The translations under genes and the position numbers were made by a program. From Eubacteriales bacterium (lineage in GTDB: Bacteria; Bacillota; Clostridia; Oscillospirales; CAG-272), in NCBI GenBank assembly GCA_045643285.1, contig JAZUKN010000057.1:10076-74075 (forward strand): DNA of 64,000 nt. Direction: 5' to 3'. The notes beneath the pieces were generated by a model, which was given only the letters and a program-made list of their open reading frames with translations, searched no databases and had not been told where the DNA came from. Positions 20,502 through 27,388 of this stretch are shown one piece after another. Position 1 is the first letter of the stretch. Each line of letters opens with the position of its first letter.

Positions 20502-20560
20502 ATGTTTTTTTGTGATTTTTTAATTATTTTTGAAGATTTCTATGAGGATTTTCGAAAAAT

Positions 20561-20841
20561 CTCACGGCTTCGCACGAAATGTCATTTTCCACCGTAGGGC
20601 GGGGGTTTACTCCCGCCGCCGAAAGACTTGAGTTTACTTTATATAGGCAAAAGGTAGAAAACGTCTGCGACGTTTTCAGATTTATTTTTTGTCCTGTTCG
20701 CTTGCGAACGGGCGGACATCGGACAATTCATCCAAACCACACGTTTGGTGTCGTCTTTGTCCTACGCGGACGGCGCACAAGAGCATCGAATCATGGAGTT
20801 CACGAAGAGAACTCGGCTTGTCCGCCGTCCGCGTAAGACAA
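20561..20841 (+). repeat. Single forward copy of the mosaic hairpin-module repeat (truncated at the GRE promoter)
   Basis: Hairpins lie at 20598..20617, 20657..20677, 20693..20712, 20732..20748 and 20797..20813. A long outer inverted repeat gtcctacgcggacggcg / cgccgtccgcgtaagac spans 20759..20839. Confidence 0.85.
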
Positions 20842-20844
20842 ACC

Positions 20845-20873
20845 TTGACATATCCCCCAAAAACGGATATAAT
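20845..20873 (+). promoter_or_regulatory. Consensus sigma-A promoter for the glycyl-radical enzyme operon
   Basis: TTGACA (20845..20850), 17-nt spacer, TATAAT (20868..20873). A second TATAAT lies at 20881..20886. Confidence 0.7.
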
Positions 20874-20933
20874 TATACTGTATAATTTTTTGACGTAATT
20901 TCACAAATTTCGTCCACCGCGGAGGTGATCATC

Positions 20934-21704
20934 TTGACGCTCGTTGCAGACATCGAACGCTGCTCTACTCACGACGGTCCCGGACTGCGTACCGTAGTCT
21001 TCCTCAAGGGCTGTCCTCTCCACTGCGCGTGGTGCCACAATCCCGAATGTATATCTTTCGATGCGGAAGAGCTTTTCTACGCCGACAAGTGCATCAGATG
21101 CGGTCACTGCAAGGACGGCTGTGTCACCGGTGCGCGCGTCACCTGCGGACGTGAGATGACGGCTGACAAAGTCCTCGAAGAAGTCCTCGCTGACCGCGAT
21201 TACTACGGCAAAAACGGCGGCGTCACCGTCAGCGGCGGAGAGCCGCTCGCGCACCCCGATTTCACAAAAGAATTACTTTACAAATGTAGAGAAAACGACA
21301 TTAAAACAGCTCTCGAAACGTCGCTGTACCGATATGACGAAGAGATTCTTTCGCTCGTAGATGTGCTGATGACGGACATAAAGATCTTCGATTCAGTTGA
21401 ACATAAAAAATACACCGGGATCGGAAACGAAGAAATACTCGCAAACATAAAACGCGCCGATACACTCGACGTGCCGATCATCGTTCGCACGCCCGTTGTC
21501 ACGGGAGTGAACGACAGCGCGGAGAACATAAAACAGACTGCCTTCTTTGTCCGTTCGCTCAAAAACGCTGTGAAATACGAGCTTCTGCCGTATCATCCGC
21601 TCGGACTGACAAAGGCACGCGCGCTCGGCAGGGAAATGACCGAATTTTCGTCCCCTACAAAAGAAAAAATGGAGGAACTCAGACAATATGCTTACATACG
21701 CTGA
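20934..21704 (+). CDS. Glycyl-radical enzyme activating protein (radical SAM, PflA family)
   Basis: It carries CSTHDGPGLRTVVFLKGCPLHCAWCHNPE (the CxxxCxxC cluster) plus one ferredoxin-like CIRCGHCKDGC motif. I prefer the TTG at 20934 (GGAGG 9 nt upstream) to the ORF-track GTG at 20925, which abuts the RBS. Confidence 0.9.
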   Translation: MTLVADIERCSTHDGPGLRTVVFLKGCPLHCAWCHNPECISFDAEELFYADKCIRCGHCKDGCVTGARVTCGREMTADKVLEEVLADRDYYGKNGGVTVSGGEPLAHPDFTKELLYKCRENDIKTALETSLYRYDEEILSLVDVLMTDIKIFDSVEHKKYTGIGNEEILANIKRADTLDVPIIVRTPVVTGVNDSAENIKQTAFFVRSLKNAVKYELLPYHPLGLTKARALGREMTEFSSPTKEKMEELRQYAYIR

Positions 21705-23904
21705 CCGACTCGCACAAATGCGAAAAACAAAAATCGAGCACACATTCATAAAAAAACAGCAGAACGGCTTTACCGACATCGACGACTTCGGCACCGTTCC
21801 GCTTCCGGAGAATTATTCCGTCATGCCGTGGTATAACAGCGACAAAGGCAGTTTCTACGGGCTTGACGGCATGAGCGAGAACTTCTGCCGCGTCCTCGGT
21901 GCGCATCCGGCATACATCGATCCTATGGAAATGCTCTGCGGACGGTGGAGAGATATGCTCGTCAACTACCGCGGTGACATCCACTACGCGCCCGACTGGA
22001 TGAGAAAGAACAAAGAGCTGTTCGATCTCGTCTACGGCAACACTTCCGTTCAGTGGAGCAAATGCTGGGACGAAAAACGCTTCCCGTACGACGATCTGAA
22101 GCCACTGCAGAAGCTTTACAACATCCAGTCCGGCATCGACGGCGACGCACATCTCGCACCCGATTACCGCATCGGGCTGTCGCTCGGCTTCGGCGGACTG
22201 CTTGAGAAGATCGAGAAATACAGAAAGATAAACCCCGAAAAAAAGGCGTTCTACGACGCGGAAGAAAAGTGCGTCCGTGCGATAGTTGCGTTCATCGACA
22301 GGCATATCGAAAAGATCAAAGAAATGATCCCCGACGAGGAGCGTCCCGAAATCAAAGCATCACTCGAAAAGATGCTTACAGTGTGCGAAAACGTCCGCCT
22401 CGGTGTGCCGAAAACGTTCCACGAGGCTTGCCAGTGGGTGGCGTTCTACGTCTGCGCGACGCGCGTTTACACAAGAGACGGCGCGGGCTTCCAGCTCGAC
22501 ACTATCCTCCTGCCGTACTACGAAAACGACATAAAATCGGGCGAGCTTGACGACGGGACTGCAGTGTTCCTCATCGCAAATCTCTTGTTGATCGACCCGC
22601 ATTACTACCAGATCTCGGGTGTGGACGAGAACGACCGCGATATCACGAATCACCTTTCTTATCTCATTCTTGACGCAGCAGACGCGATAAACATATCCTG
22701 TAACCTCACGGTGCGTGTCCACGAAAACTGCGACGCGGATTTTCTCCGCAAAGCCGTCGGTTGCCTCCTCAAAAACAAGAACGGATGGCCGCGCTTCTGC
22801 GGTGACAAGTCCCTCTGCGACGGATATATGCGCTGGGGTATCGACAAGGAAACTGCACGTCAGCGTATCGCAGTCGGGTGCAACTGGATGGCGGTTCCGG
22901 GGCTTGAATTTCCGATGAATGACACCGTAAAGATCAATATTGCAAAGGTTTTCGACGTTGCAATGGCTGAAATGCATTCCGAGTCTGATAAATCGGTGGA
23001 AAAGCTGTTCGAGATATATGAAAAGCACCTCAGAAAAGCCGTAGAAGTCACGGCGGCAGGCGTGAATCTGCACCTCGACCACATCCACGACGTAACGCCT
23101 GAGCTTATAATGGATCTGATGTTCGTCGATTCTATTGAAAAAGGACTTGACGCGTCGCAGTGCGCGAAGCTCTATACAGTCGGCGTTGACGGTGCGGGAC
23201 TTGCAGTCGTCGCCGATTCGTTCGGTGCGCTGAAAACGAGAGTCGAAGACGAAAAGCGTCTCACATGGGACGAAGTATACGCCGCGCTTGATTCTGATTT
23301 TGCCGACGAAAGAGTACGGCTTATGCTCGCGTCATCACCGAAATACTGCGGTGGCGGTAACGTGTCTGATAAATTCGCGCAGAAGCTCACTGATTCGTGG
23401 GTGAAAGCCGTAACAGGTGCAAAAATGCCCGACGGACGGCACCTCGTTCCGGGGTGGTTCTCGTGGGCGCGGTCGATCGAATACGGCGCAGTCGTCGGCG
23501 CAACGCCGAACGGAAGAAAAAAAGGCGAGCCGATCTCGCACGGTGCGAACCCGAATCCGCATTTCCGTGAAGACGGCGCGGCTACGGCACAGTCGAACGG
23601 TATCGCGGCAGTACAGTGCGGCTGGGGCAACACTGCACCGCTCCAAATTGAATTTGATCCGAAGCTCGCCGATGACGACGGTGCTGTCGAGATAATCTGC
23701 GACTTTATTAAAGCGCATTTCGGACGCGGCGGCACACTGATCAACATAAACATACTTGACAAAGAAAAGCTCATGGAAGCGCACCGCGATCCGTCGACGC
23801 ATCCCGATCTTGTCGTGCGCGTTACGGGCTTCACGGCATACTTTGCGTCGTTGACGCCGGGATTCAGACAACTTGTGGTGAACAGGTTTATTGAGGGGAT
23901 GTAA
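21688..23904 (+). CDS. Glycyl-radical enzyme of unknown substrate (PFL-like fold)
   Basis: 738 aa. The C-terminal glycyl-radical motif is VVRVTGFTAYF (Gly714, codon 23827..23829). A single candidate thiyl Cys sits in AVGCNWMAVPG (Cys398, codon 22879..22881). Its start overlaps the activase stop by 17 nt. Confidence 0.9.
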   Translation: MLTYADRLAQMRKTKIEHTFIKKQQNGFTDIDDFGTVPLPENYSVMPWYNSDKGSFYGLDGMSENFCRVLGAHPAYIDPMEMLCGRWRDMLVNYRGDIHYAPDWMRKNKELFDLVYGNTSVQWSKCWDEKRFPYDDLKPLQKLYNIQSGIDGDAHLAPDYRIGLSLGFGGLLEKIEKYRKINPEKKAFYDAEEKCVRAIVAFIDRHIEKIKEMIPDEERPEIKASLEKMLTVCENVRLGVPKTFHEACQWVAFYVCATRVYTRDGAGFQLDTILLPYYENDIKSGELDDGTAVFLIANLLLIDPHYYQISGVDENDRDITNHLSYLILDAADAINISCNLTVRVHENCDADFLRKAVGCLLKNKNGWPRFCGDKSLCDGYMRWGIDKETARQRIAVGCNWMAVPGLEFPMNDTVKINIAKVFDVAMAEMHSESDKSVEKLFEIYEKHLRKAVEVTAAGVNLHLDHIHDVTPELIMDLMFVDSIEKGLDASQCAKLYTVGVDGAGLAVVADSFGALKTRVEDEKRLTWDEVYAALDSDFADERVRLMLASSPKYCGGGNVSDKFAQKLTDSWVKAVTGAKMPDGRHLVPGWFSWARSIEYGAVVGATPNGRKKGEPISHGANPNPHFREDGAATAQSNGIAAVQCGWGNTAPLQIEFDPKLADDDGAVEIICDFIKAHFGRGGTLININILDKEKLMEAHRDPSTHPDLVVRVTGFTAYFASLTPGFRQLVVNRFIEGM

Positions 23905-23911
23905 GGTATTC

Positions 23912-23982
23912 ATACGCGAAGCGTATATCATCCGTGAAACGGATATCATCGCGCAGCGATATCATCCGCGAATGCGGATATC
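23912..23982. repeat. Tandem array of four mini-hairpins separated by exactly ATC
   Basis: Hairpins are atacgc-gaa-gcgtat (23912..23926), atccgt-gaa-acggat (23930..23944), atcgc-gca-gcgat (23948..23960) and atccgc-gaat-gcggat (23964..23979). The array starts 8 nt after the GRE stop codon. Confidence 0.85.
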
Positions 23983-23995
23983 ATTATTCTTTAAC

Positions 23996-24535
23996 TTGCA
24001 CAAGCCACGTGGCTTCGCACGAAATACAAATCCACCTCCGGTAGGGGACGGTGTCCTCGACGTCCCGCGGATTTAGGCAAACCTCACTGCTACGCACGAA
24101 AAATCATTCTATACCGTAGGGGAGGGGTTTCCCCTCCCGCGGATTTGCACAAACCTCACAAAGGAAAAGGAAGAAAACGTCGGGAACGTTTTCAAATAAT
24201 CTATTTGTCCTGTTCGTTTACGAACGAGCGGACAGGCGCACGATTTTTCCAAACCGCACGTTTGGCTTCGGTGTGTCCTGTTCGCTTGCGAACGGGCGGA
24301 CGGCGGACAAGCCGAGTTCACTCCGTGAACTCAGTGAACGTCGCCTCCTTGTCAATCTACCCGCTTAGGGGGAAGGGACTTCGTCCTATTCACGCCTCCC
24401 GACTTCGTAAACGAAGTCGTCGAGATGCTTCGCATCTCGGTCTGACTCCCCTTTGTTGCAAAGCGAATGCAAATCTTTTGTTCGCTTTATCAAATTATTC
24501 ATTATTCATTCTTCATTATTCATTATTCATTTCAG
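23996..24535 (+). repeat. Forward copy of the mosaic hairpin-module repeat with an internally duplicated module, ending in AT-rich heptamer repeats
   Basis: Hairpins lie at 24002..24015, 24045..24066, 24120..24138, 24173..24193, 24209..24228, 24249..24265, 24277..24296, 24314..24332, 24400..24419 and 24421..24439. Five attattc-type heptamers occupy 24494..24528. It matches 15513..15812 closely by eye. Confidence 0.9.
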
Positions 24536-24543
24536 GAGACATC

Positions 24544-25107
24544 ATGGTTCATCACGGCACGAAAACTATCGAAACATCGCGACTGATTCTGCGCAAATTC
24601 ACGCTTGAAGACGCGCCAGCCGCTTATAAAAACTGGACAAGCGACGAGCGTGTGACGGAGTTTCTCCGCTGGCCGACGCACCGCGACATAGAAACGACAG
24701 AACGGATCGTAAAAATGTGGGTCGACGACAGCGAGCGCGACGATTTTTACCAGTGGGCTATCGTCTTGAAAGAGCTCGGCGAGCCTATCGGCACTATCAG
24801 CGTGGTTGACCGCAACGAAGACCTCGATATACTTCACATAGGCTACTGCATCGGAAGCAAGTGGTGGCACAAAGGCATCACGAGCGAGGCGTTCTCGGCG
24901 ATCATTCCGTATCTTTTCGGCGAGGTCGGCGCGAATCGTATCGAATCACAGCACGATCCGAACAACCCGAACTCTGGTGCGGTCATGCGCAAGTGCGGAC
25001 TCACTTACGAAGGCACGCTCAGACAGGCAGACTACAGCAACAAAGGTGTAGTTGACGCCGCGATGTACAGTATTCTGAAAAGCGAGTGGCTCGCGTCGCG
25101 GAAATAA
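24544..25107 (+). CDS. GNAT-family N-acetyltransferase (RimJ/RimL-like)
   Basis: The ATG at 24544 is preceded by AGGAGA. The sequence TSRLILRKFTLEDA...WAIVLKE...IGYCIGSKWWHKGITSEA is typical of GNAT. The ORF-track extension back to 24145 runs through the repeat element. Confidence 0.88.
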   Translation: MVHHGTKTIETSRLILRKFTLEDAPAAYKNWTSDERVTEFLRWPTHRDIETTERIVKMWVDDSERDDFYQWAIVLKELGEPIGTISVVDRNEDLDILHIGYCIGSKWWHKGITSEAFSAIIPYLFGEVGANRIESQHDPNNPNSGAVMRKCGLTYEGTLRQADYSNKGVVDAAMYSILKSEWLASRK

Positions 25108-25113
25108 AACAAA

Positions 25114-25150
25114 AATCCCACGGCTTTTTCTTCCGTGGGATTTGTTTTTT
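25114..25150. terminator. Bidirectional intrinsic terminator between convergent GNAT and esterase genes
   Basis: aatcccacgg / 9-nt loop / ccgtgggatt, flanked by an A-run and a T-run. Confidence 0.8.
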
Positions 25151-25152
25151 GC

Positions 25153-25998
25153 TTATCTGCGGCTCTCAAGCACCTTTTCAGCCATTAGATTACCGAGCCT
25201 TATTATGCTGTCCGAGTCGTAGTGCGCGAGGTCGGGTGCGTCGAGCGGCTCGCGTGTGACCGAAAGACCCTCAGCCTGCGTGTCGATGTAATAATAGTGC
25301 ATCTCACGCGCGTTTTCTTCTTTGCGGCGGTTCATTTCCCCGTTCTGCGGCCAAGACTTTGAGATACCGCAGTCGATCACGGCGCAGTTGCGGATGTATT
25401 CGCTGAACTCTGCCTTAAAATCGCCGATCAGGTTGTTGAACATCCTGATATAGTCGTCGACTTCGGGATCCGATTCGCCCTGCATCCAGCAGAACGCCGC
25501 TATTTCGGGGGCGTAACCCTGCTTTTCGAGCTTATCTATGCTTTCCGACAGCAACGCCCGGAACTCATTGTAGTACCAGCCGCGCTTGTAGCGATGTTTT
25601 TCGAGGTCGTTGTAGATATTCTCTCGGTCAATGCAACGCTCGTTATAGTCAAAATCCTCGACGGATGACGGGGACGCCCAGTCGTAACTGAGGGACGCAC
25701 CTCCGACCGCGCTCTTGACGATGAACCACTCGCCGTCCGCCGGATTTTTCGTCAATACTTCCGCGATACCAAGTTCGGGACCGACGGTGTCTTTCGTTTT
25801 TTCGGTGCAGCCCACAGTCGTCGGAACGAAGCCGTCGCTCCACTTGTCGTGTGAGAAGTAATTGATCTTCACGCTGTCGTATCCTGCGAGATATTCTTTG
25901 ACTTTCTCATCTGAGAAGTGGTCGCCGAGGTATTTTTTCCAGCCGACACCGACAGCATTCGACTGTCCTGCAAGAATCACGATGTTTGCTTTTTTCAT
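25153..25998 (-). CDS. SGNH/DUF303-type carbohydrate esterase (sialate O-acetylesterase-like)
   Basis: 281 aa. N-terminal IVILAGQSNAVGVG resembles the GQSNM motif of the sialate O-acetylesterase family. Confidence 0.65.
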   Translation of the reverse strand: MKKANIVILAGQSNAVGVGWKKYLGDHFSDEKVKEYLAGYDSVKINYFSHDKWSDGFVPTTVGCTEKTKDTVGPELGIAEVLTKNPADGEWFIVKSAVGGASLSYDWASPSSVEDFDYNERCIDRENIYNDLEKHRYKRGWYYNEFRALLSESIDKLEKQGYAPEIAAFCWMQGESDPEVDDYIRMFNNLIGDFKAEFSEYIRNCAVIDCGISKSWPQNGEMNRRKEENAREMHYYYIDTQAEGLSVTREPLDAPDLAHYDSDSIIRLGNLMAEKVLESRR

Positions 25999-26037
25999 AA
26001 GACTTTTTTGCTCGTTTTCTGTGAATGATTTTATATC

Positions 26038-26151
26038 CCGTACACGTCCTTGACCTTAGCTTCAAGGTATCTGAGGTAGAAGTCGGGATCGAACGGCTCG
26101 CCGAGGACCTTGTCAAGTATCTCGCACGGCTTGTAAAGCGAGCCGAACTGC
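26038..26151 (-). pseudogene. Orphan duplicate of the last ~37 codons of the M32 carboxypeptidase gene
   Basis: 114 bp align to 27396..27509 with 3 mismatches, all in the first ~25 bp. In the carboxypeptidase frame it reads ...LRYLEAKVKDVYGI-stop, and the substitutions are synonymous. No upstream coding sequence is attached. Confidence 0.85.
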
Positions 26152-26166
26152 GTGGGGATCTGTTTT

Positions 26167-27366
26167 TTATTTCCCTATGCACTTGCGTTCAAGTGCACTG
26201 AGGAATGCGCTTGACGTGAAAATCTGATAGTTACCGACTGTTTCGCCGTTGTCTGCCGGAAGCAGTCTGGTGTTTTCTGTCCCGACGAACAGCTTTGACG
26301 GAGTTGGGACGATAATCAGGATTTTTGTCGTGTCACTTTCAAATGAAAAATCAAATCTTGACAGAATGGGGTACAATTCTGTTTTAAAAAGCCGAAACGT
26401 GTGCAGGCATATTCCGTTTCCGTTTTCGGAAAAAGCAAGCGGCGAACCTTTCCACACTCCTGCAATAATCTTACAGCGGAATTCTTTCTCCCCGACCGAT
26501 ACGCTGAAATTGTAGCCTCTCTGTTCGCGGAACACAGAAGAATAAGGCTTTTTGACTTCGCTCAAAGCTATTGATTCTTTTGAGCAGACGCGGCGCAGAC
26601 TGCGCATAAATCTTCTCTGTTTCAAAAGAGCGCGTGCAAAGACAATCACGATAACCGCAGCTATCACAGACAGCACGGCAATAATTATTTTCACTGCATA
26701 TTCCCGATTTCCTCGCGCTAAGAGCAGCAGAGTACTTGCCAATGGTATGAGACACGCAAATCCCGAAAAGAGAATGAGACAACCGATAAGTACCACTATG
26801 AGATTTTTGATGGTTCTGACAATAGGATTCTTCTTGTTCGCCTTTCCATCATAATGGTCACGTCTCCAACCTTTATGTACATAATAGAATACGCAAAATT
26901 CAATCATGAACAAAAGCACGATGTAAATTACCCAAGAGATAATTTTTGTTTGAATCGGTGACAGAGATGATTTGTCAAGGAATGATCCCGCTATGCAGCC
27001 TAATCCGAAAGAGAACGGCATCACTGCCGATAAAACTGCGAAGCAGGCAAATTCGATTAAAAAGTCAAAAGAGAGGATAATGTTTTTCGATTCGGCGGAG
27101 AAAGTCGATTTCTCTTTGATTTTGTCGAGGTAGTCGCATTTTTTCTCATTGTTATTAACCTCCACTGCGCTCATAACAAGAAAAGTAATCAACAAAAGAA
27201 TGATAAAACCCCACACGGCAATGAAATGATCGCTGGTTTCATACGCCGCTACGGACAGAATTATTTCGAACATAATTTTTACTGCCGTCCAAAATCCGAC
27301 GACAAAAAAGTATGCGATGATCGAAATAAGAAATCGAAAACCTATTCTTTTCGCTTTATCTTCCAT
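26167..27366 (-). CDS. Hypothetical 6-TM membrane protein with ~140-aa C-terminal soluble domain
   Basis: 399 aa with six hydrophobic segments and then a basic linker RRFMRSLRR. I do not recognise the C-terminal domain. The gene is visibly AT-richer than its neighbours and sits between the 114-bp direct repeats. Confidence 0.7.
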   Translation of the reverse strand: MEDKAKRIGFRFLISIIAYFFVVGFWTAVKIMFEIILSVAAYETSDHFIAVWGFIILLLITFLVMSAVEVNNNEKKCDYLDKIKEKSTFSAESKNIILSFDFLIEFACFAVLSAVMPFSFGLGCIAGSFLDKSSLSPIQTKIISWVIYIVLLFMIEFCVFYYVHKGWRRDHYDGKANKKNPIVRTIKNLIVVLIGCLILFSGFACLIPLASTLLLLARGNREYAVKIIIAVLSVIAAVIVIVFARALLKQRRFMRSLRRVCSKESIALSEVKKPYSSVFREQRGYNFSVSVGEKEFRCKIIAGVWKGSPLAFSENGNGICLHTFRLFKTELYPILSRFDFSFESDTTKILIIVPTPSKLFVGTENTRLLPADNGETVGNYQIFTSSAFLSALERKCIGK

Positions 27367-27388
27367 AAAAAATCCTTTAGGGTTCTAT

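Noticed and set aside
24145-24543. N-terminal 133-codon extension of the GNAT ORF
   Set aside because: The extension is a read-through of the mosaic repeat element (Arg/Leu/Ser-rich). A good RBS and an ATG at 24544 begin the recognisable GNAT sequence.
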